This document shows, in pieces, positions 51,169 through 64,000 of a stretch of DNA of 64,000 nt; position 1 is the stretch's first letter, and every line of letters starts with the position of its first letter. The position numbers and the translations under genes are program-made. Below the pieces are notes generated by a model, which did no database searches, was not told where the DNA came from, and saw only the letters and a list, made by a program, of their open reading frames with translations. Origin of the DNA: Octopus sinensis (taxonomy: Eukaryota); contig NC_043020.1 in the NCBI RefSeq assembly GCF_006345805.1, positions 29,698,001 to 29,762,000 of the forward strand, in the 5' to 3' direction.

Positions 51169-53614
51169 TATATCTTATAATGGCTAGCATCATAGGTCAG
51201 GCATAAATGTTGAACTGAAAGCTGTAATATCTTCTAAAATTGGGTATTTATTTAGACTGCAGGATTTCATACCGAAATAACTTTTGTGGCGGGAGGGAAA
51301 TCCTGCTGATTTTGAGGAGTGTATTCAGGGACAAGAAAGGAGCCTTTCTATCCCCTTTTGTAAGACAGATGTTACAGAGGAGATTTGTTCACAGCCTGTG
51401 TTTGACAGTTTTATCAGAGCAAGAATTAACAAGAGAGATGTTACTTTATCAGCGTTATCAATGGAAAACATTTGTACTTCTCCTACGAAAACAAATACAA
51501 TAAAACAATACAAGTGTTGATTCAAATATATCGTGGAGGTGGGGGGTGGAGTGATATTTGGTAATTGTATCCCCGGCTGCCTTCACTCCACCACCCACAG
51601 AACAATGCCATTATCAAAGCATTTAAGTGTTGTTGTTTTTTGTCATCGTTTGATTGTGGGATTGTGTCAGGATCTGTTCCGGAATCTTAGGCTTTTATTT
51701 TGCTTTTTTTGGTGATAATTTAACAAAATGCTTCTATCTTAAAAAGGAAAATTTCTATCCTTTTAACAGTTTGTTTTTGTATTCAGAGCTTTGACATTAG
51801 ATACACTAATGACAATAATTAATTAACGAATATGAAGGATTCTTTAATTTCTCTGAGTCTTATTACATCTGATGGTTTATAAGGTGCAAAAAGTAGAAAA
51901 TCAGCTTGCATCATACAGATGCAAATGTTTAGGTTAGTAATTTAATAAGGGTTCAAAAGGGGTCTGTCTGTCTTACAAGCTGCCAACTGAAGTCTTCAAG
52001 TTTCCTTTTATATTAAAAGTATTTAGCTGTTCCTGTTAATGGTTGGTACCATTTTAGCATTCGTAAATCTACCTGGCCATTTACACTTTGGTGTCCAGTC
52101 TAACCCCAGCCCTGAACCCTGACCTAGGTCGGGTCATTTTTCAATGTCGTCTATGGATATTGTGGTGGCCTACAATGCTACTGTGGCGCCTAACGGTTTC
52201 TACCAATATTCATTATATTTCTTGTAAAGCCCAGAATACAACAGGTTTTTGTGTCAGGTGAGCTACAGGCCGTAGGAAAACCTGATTTAAAACCCCACCA
52301 TTTTGTCTAATGTGTCTGCTTTGTTGGCCCAGGATTTAAAGCAGAAAGCATGAAAAGCTAAAGTGATCTTAGTGAGATTTGAAATCAGAATGTCTGCCCC
52401 CAGAACAAATATAGCAGTGCACTTCTATCCAAGAGTCTGATGCCTTTGCTATTTTACTTCCTTTCAGAATTAAAAATACTTCGGGAGTGTGTTTTATGAA
52501 AATATGGTGGTAGAAGGGTTACAGGAGGGATATGAAATAACTGCCATTTCTAAAGTGATTTAATCAAATTCTGACTAAATTTTAAGATTATTATTTTTAT
52601 TTTTCTTCGTTTTAATTCAAAGAACATACTAAACTTCTAGTTTTGAGATTACTAACAGAGAAAAAATTTTCACTCACAAGAATTATTTTTCATTTCAAAA
52701 TTCTAAATATTTTGTTAAGATTCCACGACATTCCACAACGAAACAATTTTCAAAAAAATATCAGGCATTTAGTGGGATGGTGGGTGGGGAGAGAAAACAG
52801 CGAAACTTTTTTTCAATGGCATCAGGTGAAGTGAGTCATGGAAAAGAATCTTTCACAACGGCTCTATCTGATTCTTCTGTCTGAATCAACAGACATTCTT
52901 AGAGGGAGAGAGATAACTTTGATGGAGGAAGCGGTTAAGAGAAATAGAAGAATCCCAAAAGTCATTCTTCTAATAAAATAGATGCAAAAAAAAAATTTTT
53001 ATTTTTTTTAAGATTAAGTGAAGAGAAAAAGAAAACTCCAAGACATCTGCTCTTTGATTATAAAGAGAGATGATCTGATGGGAGAGGATGAGGAGGGAGA
53101 GAGGGAGTGGATGATGAAGTGGGGGAGAACTGTCAGTAGCTTTATATTTTAATCTTTGAGTCTCAGAGAATGGGAATAATCTGAAATATCCATCCCCACC
53201 CAGCCATACCCCTCCCCACAAAAATAGCAGGTAGCATTACGATTTAACACTTCAACTATATATATATAATGAAAATTACAAAGTTTTATAATTAAAATGT
53301 ATATTTTTTTTTTTTTTTTTGGTTTTAAGTTTTGTATTTAAAAAAGAAAAACAGATAAAAAACTTGGCTGATGGGGTTGATAAAAGGGTGTGTCTTTAAA
53401 AGAAGCCACCTCTGAGGTGTTGCAGTGTTTTCGTTGTAACCAAGTGGGGAGTCGTAATAACTCACCTTCAACATAAGTTTCCCCATATATCGCAGTTCGT
53501 GTCTTTAAAAATAAACAAATCCATCGAAATCTGTACTTTGTGACAGACTAAATAAATAGAGGCTGAGAAAAAAACCTCTTCAATATCAATCAGTTTTGTT
53601 TTCTTTAGTTCAAG

Positions 53615-54260
53615 TCTTGGGGGTGGATTTGGTGGATGGAAACTGAAAGGAGCTTGTGTGTGTATGCGTGCGTCCGGGTATGTGTGAAGGCTCATGGCCT
53701 AGTAATTAGGGTGTTGCACTCGTAATCGCAAGATTGTGGTTTCAATTCCCAGACTGGCAGTGCATTGTGTTCTCAAGCAAAGCATTTCATTTCGTGTTGC
53801 CCCAGTCCACTCAGCTGTAAGTGAGTGACCTTTTGATGGACTGGCATCTCTTCCAGGGGGAATGTTGGCCCGCCTTCCTGCCAAGCTTGCAGGGCGGCAT
53901 CATTCGAAAGCTTAAGCAATATGAAGAAGCACATTGTGACCAGTGGTGTGTAACATCTGAGAGTCTGGTCAATAGGGATGTGTGTGTGTGTGTGTGTATA
54001 TGTATATATGTATGTTGTCTTGACATCATATGATTGTTGTAAATGAGTGTCACTGTCATACAAGCAGTATCGTTTGTCAAATTCCTGCAAAAATATGTCT
54101 GACTATGGCTAAGGAAAAAAATGACCTTATTTGGAAACCAGTGATGGTTAGTGACAGGGAGAGCATCTGGCTATAGAAACATTTGCCTTAAATTCCGTCC
54201 AACCTATGCAAGCACGGAAAAGCAGACATTACAGCAATGATGGTGATGATGATGATGATG
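53615..54260 (+). mobile_element. SINE family A2 with a nested family D SINE (~53686-53972)
   Basis: Family A body is interrupted in its (TG)n tract by GAAGGCTCATGGCCTAGT...CAGTCCACTCAGCTGT..., then the A2 tail resumes. Confidence 0.75.
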
Positions 54261-55707
54261 TTGAAAGTACACATTTAATATTTCTAAGCTTTTATTTCAC
54301 CTCCTGTCTTTTGTTATGAGTTTGAATCATTGTTTGAGGAGGAAGTACTTAATTTCCTCAGTCTGTCTGGCTGACAAATAGCTTCACCATACACTTTACT
54401 GATGAGTCACCAAACCAAAGAAGGAAGGTCATACAACTGCAATGAGTTAGTCCTATTGATTTTAGAATTTACAATAAGACATGCCATTGTGGTTAAGAAA
54501 TTTGCTTTGTAGCCACATTGTTCTGATTTCAATTCCACTTCCTTGACTTTTATCAGAGTCTTGGGTTGACCCCCTTTTCAATGAAATTTGATTGATAGAA
54601 ATGCTGTAGAAGCCAGTCAAATGTGTGTATGATTCCCAGCTACATGGTTCCAAGTTCTGTCCCTCTGCATGGCATCTTTGGCAAGTGTCTTCTATTATAG
54701 CCCTGGGCCAACCTAATCTTTGTGAGTGGATTTGCCAGACAGAAACTGTGAAAGAAGCCTGTTGTGGTCATGATATCTTGTGATGGTTGCAAGCAAACAC
54801 CACCACATATGGTGCTTCTTCTGGTGGAGTGTTGGTGACAGGAAGGGCTTCCAGCAGTACAAAAATCTGCTCCAACAAATTCTCTCTTGACCCATAGAAG
54901 CATGGAAAAATGGACATTAAACGATGAGGATATTTCATGTATGGGAATTGTACTTTCCTGAAGACAGAAGTTTACTGCAGTCAAAGCCATGGCCTCCACA
55001 ACCAAATATTCACACTGCTCTTTATACGGTCAGCTTATTAATTCATCAGTAAATGAATAGACGAGTTGGCTGAAAGGTAAAGAATTGACAAAACTTGTGT
55101 TTGGTGGGAACAAGTTTATAAGTCAAATCCCACCTAAACCAAAATAGCTTGTTTAGGATCGATAACATGGAAAAGACTTGGTGGTGGTGGTGGTGAACCA
55201 GACAGGGTGTATAACATAGCAGTTCACTGGTGATTCACCTTGACGTTCTGAAGCTCAAATTCTTTTTGAGAAGTTTCACTGTGGGAAACCTGATATCTTA
55301 GTTATTTCACGACTTTTTCGATGTCATGGGGTGATTGATTTTTCAAAGTTGACCAATGTTATAGCTGACGTTCAACCTTAGGTTGGCCTCCAGTTGTGCG
55401 AAGCTATCAAAGAGATTCCAGCGTTTGAGTGTTTTGTTTTGAGTTTATTTCTAGAGACACAGATTGAGATGTTTGCTTGACAAAACTGGGCGGGGGCATC
55501 CAGGCTGTAGAGAATCTGTCTCAATAAACTCTGTCTGACCCATGCTCGCATTCTCATCTGTTTCCAAGTGTCATAACACTTCTCCGGTGACAAGACATGC
55601 TCTCGCAAAATATTAGCAGTCAATGACACTACTGGCATGACTGTGGCGGCAAACATTTACAACAGTTATGTATTGTCACGCCAAACAAATACAAGCATAT
55701 GCACAGT

Positions 55708-55717
55708 CACACACACA

Positions 55718-55748
<31 letters not shown>

Positions 55749-55790
55749 CCACACACACACACACACACACACCACACAACACACACACAG

Positions 55791-55839
<49 letters not shown>
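55708..55839. repeat. (CA)n microsatellite internal to a reverse family A SINE (~55495-55985)
   Basis: Seen directly; the flanks match reverse family A2 tail and head. Confidence 0.9.
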
Positions 55840-55842
<3 letters not shown>

Positions 55843-57604
55843 ACAATGGCATTCTTTCAGTTTCAATCTATGAAATCCACCCTCAAGGTTTGGGTTGGGT
55901 TATAGTTGCAGACATTTGCCCGAGGTGCTGTGCTGTGGGACTGAACCCAAAAACCTTGTTGTTGCACACTGAACTTCTTAACCACAAAAATGTGATAAAT
56001 CATTTTAAATGTCAGCTCACTGTTTTGGCCTTTGTTTTTTTAGGAGGGTGGTTTTTTGTTTCCATGGTTACATTACAATTTCAGAAGTAATAGAAAATAA
56101 ATAGAAATTTTGTTGATATTCTTGTGCTCTTAAAAGTTCTATGCACCCAGTAGCCTGTGAATCAAACTGGTTATGTGTTATCAGAATGTACCAGTTGCAA
56201 AAAAAGAAAGAAAAAAAACTAAATGTTACATTTAATAGGTTTATTATTATTATTATTATTTGCTTTTCTCAAGAGTCACCTTTCTCATAATCTGACTCAA
56301 ACGCTAACCATAAACTTATCTCGTGCTGATTTTATTGCTCAGAACCTCAAAACTTTCTCCTGTACAGCTTTTTTTATATTTCTCATCCTACTTTAATCAC
56401 CTGTAATTAGCGTCTTCTGCTTGATTATTCATTTTAATTTGTGAGAAATTGCAACTTAAAACTCCACATTAACATAGTAATGGAAATACCTTGTCTGTGT
56501 GTGTGGTTAGTTTAGAATTATTATCAGCTTTGCATAATAAACATCTGGTCTTATCTATCGTAGTATACTGAACCTATTGGCAAAATGTTTCATAGATAAA
56601 CAAACGTTCTTTTATTTTTATTTATGGCATTAACGATATCTATATTTAATTTTCTGAAATTATGTCAAACAAAATTTCTAGATAAAGGGAGAGATAAACA
56701 GCTTGCAAAGTACTAATATACTGTAGTGTATAACGGTCAATATAATGGTGTCTAGTTTAGGTAGAAGATCTGGAGGGTTTTGAGGGGAGAGTTCTTAGTT
56801 AACACCATCGATCTCTCCACATACACACTGAAAAGGTAAAAGGATGAATAGACTTTGGCAGGATTTGAACTCGGAACATAAAGAGCCGGAACAAATATCT
56901 AAAGGCATTTTTTTTTTTCCTCGGTGCTGTAACAGATCTACTAATTCACTACTTTTATGTAGATGAAGGTAAATTTTACAAATGTGAGATGCTGTGACAG
57001 GTGCAACCTTTGGATCAGGAAGCACATCTGACCCATGCAAGCATAGGAAAGTGGACATCAAAATGATGATGATGATAATGGTGATATATGTATCACGTGA
57101 TCGCACGACCAACCAGACTATTGAATGGTGTTGTACACATCACTGAGGAAGTTTGAGACAGAAACATGTCTGTTAACTGGATGTATCTGAATTATCTCCC
57201 TTGTTTTTAGATTTTAAACCACCACCACCACCCTCCCCAAAGGAAGTTTCATCTACTAATTGCTTAGGTAATCTCAGTCCAAGTTTTCCCACTCTGCCAT
57301 AACTACACACAAGACCCAACCGTATGCGTATGTAAACATTCCCTTGTTGTTTTACGCATCCCCTTACTCAGACCCGTTCTATGCAAATGAATGGATGTGG
57401 ATCTGTTTGTATGAATTTCTTTCTGGTCTTTACATGCTTCTTCTATTCTAGAATTGGTCTCTGGCAGACAAAGCTGTTTTCTTAGAGATTAACCAACAAC
57501 AAAGCTATAGATTTAAATTACGACCTTTTCTTCTTCTCTTTTTTTTCATCTTATTCAAACATTAATCCCGAATTGTGTTTCTCCATTTGTCTGGCTTTTC
57601 ATAG

Positions 57605-57632
57605 CTTGCAATGTTCTCCGTCTTGTTAGAAG
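57605..57632 (+). CDS. Candidate 28-nt microexon of DPYS/CRMP (LAMFSVLLE+G)
   Basis: Acceptor TTTGTCTGGCTTTTCATAG| and donor AAG|GTATGT; open frame; phase 0 in, phase 1 out. Confidence 0.3.
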
Positions 57633-58390
57633 GTATGTCTTTCCTACATTTGATGGTCTGGCTTTTTTTCTTTTGTTTTTTTTTTTTGTTTCCCTCCCAC
57701 TTAATCACCGAAATTCAGGTCACTTCTTGTTGGTGAATGTTAAAGAAGCATAACTGCATAAAATCTTGTTATTTGGCCAAATATGATTATGATCTTAGAG
57801 AGATATGTGTGTGTGTGTGTGTGTGTGTAACTGGGACGCTACAATCAGGGAGATAAAGATTACATAGATCCTGCAGTTATTCATCATGAGTACTTTTTTT
57901 TTTTGTATTTTTGTATTTTTGGGTGTTTTTTTTTTCTTTCTTCCGTCTGACCTTTCGTACAACATTCGCATCAGTTTGGCGACTTAATTCCTCAATGGTA
58001 CAGTGTTTTTTTTTGGGTACTTTTTCTTCTCGGTGGGGGTAGGTGGGGGGACGGTCTAATTTTTAACTTTCTTTTAGTCTGTTATGTTTGTATATGATAA
58101 AATTTTTGATTAAAAATGTTATATCAATATTGCTTGCTTTCAAAAAGAGAGAGAGAGACAGACAGACAGACAGAGATAGAGAAAGTGATGCAATCTCAAA
58201 AGTAGGAACCATTACTACCAATTTTCTGGGGTTTTTTTATTCCTTAGATATAGAATGGTACAAGAGATTTAATAGGAACACAAGACTCCACCTTCTTCAC
58301 AGGATGTTTCTTCAAAGCTTTCTTATTTTATATATTTACTTTAACTTTTTTTTTTTGTTCAGCTTATATTTATCCATGAGTACATTTCAC

Positions 58391-58438
<48 letters not shown>

Positions 58439-59350
58439 TTATGCATACACACATGTATGTATACATGTATATATATATAGCTTATATTTATCCATGTGTA
58501 CATTTCACTTTACATATATATATATGCATACACACACGTGTGTGTATGTGTACATATGTATATATGTATATGTAAAAGGCTTCTGAAGTCTCCCAGCCCC
58601 TTTCACATCCTAAACTGGCTCAATACGAAACCCGTGAAGCTAGGGTTAAGCTGGGGGGGGTGGGAGCTTTTTTCCTTTTTTTTTTTTGGTTTGTTTCTTC
58701 TTCTTCTTCTTCTTCTTGAAGCTTTTGAATGTAAGAATTTGAACCATGTACATTTGCATGCAAGAAAATAGAGCAGATGTTGTACTTAACTGCCAAACTT
58801 CATTTTTCAAACCTTTCCCCCCACCCTCACCCCCCACCACCACCAATTTTAAGTAGGGACCCTTCAAACCAGTACTTTTAAAACAGTCATGTTTTGCTCA
58901 GCCTCAATTCTACTTCAGCCTTTTTTTACTGGCTCCAACGTCTGGAAACTTCATGACAATGTGATGAAATTAACTCTCGGAAGTTTACACTTAACTTATT
59001 TGATGTCTGTAATCTGGCAAACAGCAAACAGGCTTCAAGCCTTAATGTGTGAGAGAGAGAAAGAGAGAGAGACATGGATGTATGTGTATATATAAGAAAG
59101 AAATAGACAGAAATATGCAAATATATATATGTGTGTGTATGGAGAGAGAGAGAGACATAGACACAGTGTATCTCCACCCTCGCCCTCTTGTAATATCACT
59201 TTAGCTCACATTGCTGGTTTCCTTTGGTTTAATTGTTTGTATTTTAACTAGTAAGGCCACCACCACCACCACCAGTGGTACTGCTGGTGGTGGTGTAGTA
59301 GTAGTAGTCTTAAGTGATCTTGGCTGGTCTTGAAGCCTTTACTTGTAGTC

Positions 59351-59437
59351 ATGACTGACAATGGTACGAGTGAGACCAACTTAACAACCGCTTGTTCAAA
59401 AGCATCGTTCAATGTCTGCGATTGTGCTGAACATCGT
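59351..59437 (+). CDS. DPYS: Candidate alternative N-terminal coding exon of DPYS/CRMP (MTDNGTSETNLTTACSKASFNVCDCAEHR)
   Basis: GTC-ATG-A start, 29 open codons of non-repetitive CpG-containing sequence, donor CGT|GTAAGG in phase 0, compatible with exon 2; in-frame TGA ~36 nt upstream. Confidence 0.55.
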
Positions 59438-59846
59438 GTAAGGTTATTTTCATATTCCTTCTTCATCAACTTTTACATCATGTAAATATTCCAATTTTTC
59501 TATCTTTCAATATTTACTTGTGGTCCTTTTTTTTTGAATTTTTTTTTTTTTTGCTTAGAATTCTTTAGCCGTGTCTTCAGTTTTCATAATTGCCATTCAT
59601 GGTTTTGGGTTTTTCTTTTGTTTCTTTGTTACCTACTCTATGCTCCAATGCTAATTTCACCAGATTTTAACAGCCAATCGTATAACTGGTTCATATTTTT
59701 CAAATACTTCGTAATATCTTAAGTGGTAATTTAAAATCGTGTGTGGACATATGTTCATTGTTAATTTCTCTATAGCCGCTGTGTGTGTGTGTGTGTGTGT
59801 GTTGCAAGATTCCTGATGTGAAATCATGTGTTGAAACGGATATTGT

Positions 59847-59906
<60 letters not shown>

Positions 59907-60025
59907 TACATTTATATGTCGATAAACATGTACATGCACATCTGTATACAGAAAGTTATACACACACATACATCTGTACATAGATATACATACACATATA
60001 TATATATATTGATAGATATATGCAT

Positions 60026-60060
<35 letters not shown>

Positions 60061-60192
60061 GTGCATGTATTTCATGGACATCCGTGTAATGTACATACTG
60101 TTATATATACAGATTCGTATAATGTTATCCCACAGTAAGAAGATGCACCATTTTAATACTTACTATAAAACTCTCTCTCTCTCTCTCTCTCT

Positions 60193-60234
<42 letters not shown>

Positions 60235-60576
60235 TATGCATATTTTGAGTGAAAATAATTACATAGTATTATTAAGCTGCAAAGATTTTATTTTCTCCTC
60301 GTTATAATGTAATAAAGCTTTGTCGTTTTTCTTTTTAACTTATATCAATATATTCTACATGAAATTAATTATTATTAAAACCTTGCATTTGGATTATCAC
60401 AGATTATCTTTTCTTGTAACAGCTCTGCAACATTGCAAGTTATTTATGGCATTTTAAGGCCCTTTTTTTTCCAAACAATTTAGACCCTAAAACTGAGATT
60501 CATTTTCTACATGGTAGTATATTATGCATCAACTTTTTACATTCCAGTACTTCATTACCATTATTATTATTATAAT

Positions 60577-61020
60577 TAAGGTGACGAGCTGGCAGAGTAG
60601 TTAGCATGCTGGTCAAAATGCTTAGTGGTATTTCACTTGTCCTTACGTTCTGAGTTCAAATTTCACTGAGGTCGACTTTGCCTTTCATCCTTTCGGGGTT
60701 GATGAATTAAGTGCCATTGAAGCACTGGGGTCAATGAAATTGACTTGTCCCCTCCCCCAAAATTTTAGGCCTTATACCTTGAGTAGAAAGTAGTATTATT
60801 ATTATTATTATTAAGGCATTGAGTTGGCAGAACTATTAGCACTCCTTACAAGATGCTTAGCACATTTTTTTTTTATGTTTTGAGTTCAAATTCCGCTGAA
60901 GTCGACATTGCTTTTTATCCTTTCAGGGGCAATGAAATAAGCACTGGAGGAGCCCTGGGGTCCCTGAAATCAATTCACCCTGTCCCCACCAAAATTTAAG
61001 CCTTGTGCCTATAGCAGAAA
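60577..61020 (+). mobile_element. Two tandem SINE family B copies separated by (ATT)n
   Basis: Heads AAGGTGACGAGCTGGCAG (~60578) and AAGGCATTGAGTTGGCAG (~60813). Confidence 0.82.
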
Positions 61021-61782
61021 AGTTATTTGCTTGTTCTTTTAACCTATAAAGCTGACCGAGATTATATTTATCTTGCTCCAAATTATTATCTGTTGTGTTT
61101 ACTAATGTGGATGGGGGTTTATGCAAATGAAAGGGGCACTAATTGCTTCACTTTGTCTTACACTGACATGTCTATGTAGTCCCACTAAATCCTACATTGA
61201 TCCCCACCCCACCCACCCCATTCTGTCGATCACATAAATACCAGTAATATACTGGGTCATTGGGCTTATTCACTTCTCTTCAAAATACTACTCACCTATA
61301 CTATATACGTACAGATTAAATGACAGGTTGATATTGATGTGATATGTTGTTATATATGTCAATGTCTACAGTTATTTGATATAAACCAAATGTTGTTATA
61401 AATATTTTTTTCATTCAATTGGTTGCAGCAGTTTACAAAGTGACTTGAGCTCTGAGAATTCCTCGCATTGACACTTATCAACCTTATCGAGTTCTTGGTG
61501 CTTGAGTCAATCTCTAACTTTGACCGATTAAATGATTCTCGTGTTTTGTGTTGTATTTTCCTGTTGGCAACACGAAACCTGTGCTATACATTTATTGTAT
61601 CAACCAAGGGATTCGTCTTACAAATTAACAGTTGTTTCAATGTGTTATTGTATTAATGAAATACAAAATCATATTGAGACAATTGTTTGGTTGTCAGAAA
61701 CAACATCTGGTCAATGGAAGAAATATCAACCATGCAACTAAAACTCCAACTACTTTATCGAGTTATGGTCTACTCAGTTGAT

Positions 61783-62340
61783 GAGGGCATCCAGCTGTAA
61801 AAATCCTGCCAAAACAATCACAGAAGTCTGGTACAGACTTCTGCCTGGCTGGCTTCTGTCAAACCATTCCACCCATGCCAGCATGGAAGGTGGATGTTAA
61901 ATGATGATGATGATGATGATATATAGGTGCAGGTGTGGTTGTCTGATTATGAAGTTGGCTTTCCAATCAGATGGTTTCAGGTTCAGTCCTACTGTGTGCC
62001 ACCTTGGGTAAAGGTCTTCTTCTATAGCCCCAAGCTAACCAAGGCCTTTTGAGTGGATTTAGTAGATGGAAACTGAAAGAAGCTTATTGTACAGTTTGTG
62101 TCTGTAGAAGTGTGGTATTATGTGTCTCCTTGTCCTGATATCACATGATTGTTGTAAATTTGTGCCACTGTTATTCAAACCTATTCTGCTAGAACATGTC
62201 TGGCAATGGGGAAATATTATCTTGCTTGGAATCAAGTGAGGGTCAGTGACAGCAAGGACATTCAGCCACAGAAGAATCTCTCTTAGTAAACTGCATCTGA
62301 CCCATGCAAGCCTGGGAAAGTGGGTATTAAAATGATGATT
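61783..62340 (+). mobile_element. Family C 3' end followed directly by SINE family A2
   Basis: GGGCATCCAGCTGT...(GAT)n to ~61920, then AGGTGCAGGTGTGG...GACCCATGCAAG...AATGATGA. Confidence 0.78.
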
Positions 62341-63060
62341 AGATAGATACCGTATTTCCATGCATACAAGTTGGTGTAGTTTATAGTATAAGCATCCAAA
62401 CATTGTTGCATGGAATGTTTGGTCCTCCAAAGTCTTGGGGTAAAAGTCGACTCCTTTTTTTTTTCTTTTTTTTGCTGTAAATTTTGGCCTGAAAATTTGA
62501 TTTCTGTCCCAGAAAGTACAGAAGATAGACATGATAAGGCTTATTTTTGACATTTGATAATCTTTGCCTTTCTGCAACTCAAAATGTAGAAGTTTCTCTC
62601 TGGCTGAGAATTGCTTCCTCTGTCAGCCATAATTACCATTACACACTTCCTTATTCTCATACCTGCACTCCTTTATTCTCTCTTATTATTCTCACTGACT
62701 CACAAATTTGCATTCTTTCTCCATTCTTTATTTGTAGAATCCTCCACTCCTCTTCATTGCCAATCTTTCTTTCCACTTCACACACACACACACACACGCT
62801 CAGTCACCACAAGTAACTTGAATATCATACTGGACTCTCTCTCTCTCATCAGTCTATTAAGCTATCTCTTTCTCTCTCTCTCTATCTATCTATTTATCTT
62901 TATAATACTTTCTTTTCCTCTTTTCCACCCCTTTCAACACAGCCATGGCCTTCTCTTTCCACATTCTCTTCTTTAACCCAAAATAGGAAGCCAGCAAAGA
63001 AAGGGACTTGTGAAATGGGGGTTCTTATATAACTGCTGAATATTTATGCATATGTGTGTG

Positions 63061-63133
<73 letters not shown>

Positions 63134-63728
63134 GCACACACACACAAATTGAAGATTGGAGTCTATAATACTTTTATTTCCTGGTTGACAATACGAGGGG
63201 GGAAAATATTTGTGTTGTTCTGATCAAGACTAAACCCATTCCATGGTTTAACTCTTTTGTTTCTGCTGATCTACATTTCCAAGGTTTCAACTAATTTTGC
63301 AAATAGTGAAGAATTTATTTTAAAAAAACTGTCTGGTTACTTGTTTGCCATGGAAACCAGGTAACAGGTCCTATGAGTCAAGGCAGTAATATCCAGGGGT
63401 TGATGATGATGATAAAAGTTCAAGAAACCCAAAGGAAGCAAAAAAGGGGACTTGAACAGGAAAATATTAAGAAATTTTCCAATAAATGCTTCTGAAAATG
63501 ATATGAGAAGTATCTTCTCCATGGCCTCAATATTCTGTAGTGAAATAGATTTTTGTTATCAATGCCTCTTCTTGTTTCAAACAATGGTAGAGTTTCTTGT
63601 TACCAACATCAGAACTTATAAGAATTTCTTTTCCATAGGTTGTGTCAATTATTTAATAATGAAAATACAATTTGGTTTTTATGACTAAGTGAAACTATAT
63701 GATTTTTTTCCTTTTCATCTAATTTCAG

Positions 63729-63823
63729 AGTGCGCAATCTCGCTTGTTTATCAAGGGAGGCCGTATTGTCAACGATGATCTCTCCTTCGATGCTGACATC
63801 TACATTGAAGATGGAATTATCAA
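63729..63823 (+). CDS. DPYS: Dihydropyrimidinase / CRMP, coding exon 2 (gene continues beyond window)
   Basis: Acceptor ...AATTTCAG|; encodes [31 protein letters not shown]+AA, the N-terminal amidohydrolase segment of DPYS/DPYSL (cf. [28 protein letters not shown]); donor AA|GTAAGA, phase 2. Confidence 0.96.
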
Positions 63824-64000
63824 GTAAGAAATATGTTTTGTATTTTTCAGTTCTGTACCTTATTTGATGGTATATAAGATGCACTTATTACGCCCTCCCC
63901 CCACCCTCAAAAAAGTTTTTTTTTTAAATCACCCTGGGTCCTATATAAGAAGTTGAGCCCCCATAAACTTCAATGCACTAAAAACTTCTTTTCGTATGTG

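Noticed and set aside
54398-54425. Additional hammerhead at CTGATGAGTCACC
   Set aside because: No GAAA core partner and no paired stem II.

Overview
AT-rich, microsatellite- and SINE-dense animal genomic DNA. The repeat families and gene style point to an octopus or other coleoid cephalopod (inference). The one firmly identifiable protein-coding gene is a + strand dihydropyrimidinase/CRMP (DPYS/DPYSL/unc-33 family) gene. Coding exon 1 (19598-19642, MTSRTPVKKVPIHLQ) is joined across a ~44 kb phase-0 intron to exon 2 (63729-63823, [32 protein letters not shown]), and the gene continues past the window. Nearly all ORFs in the supplied track are microsatellite or SINE artefacts. Inside the long intron are: a candidate alternative N-terminal exon (59351-59437); a possible frame-preserving 28-nt microexon; a TATA+Inr promoter whose exon is in frame with exon 2 except for one UAG (possible A-to-I stop recoding); five hammerhead-ribozyme-like motifs of Penelope type; a fold-back SINE hairpin; and clustered RFX X-box-like motifs. 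Upstream are a CpG-retaining promoter domain (~12-25 kb), a candidate divergent spliced transcript, and a 10-copy tandem array of a SINE tRNA-like head. Repeat coordinates are approximate and were read by eye.
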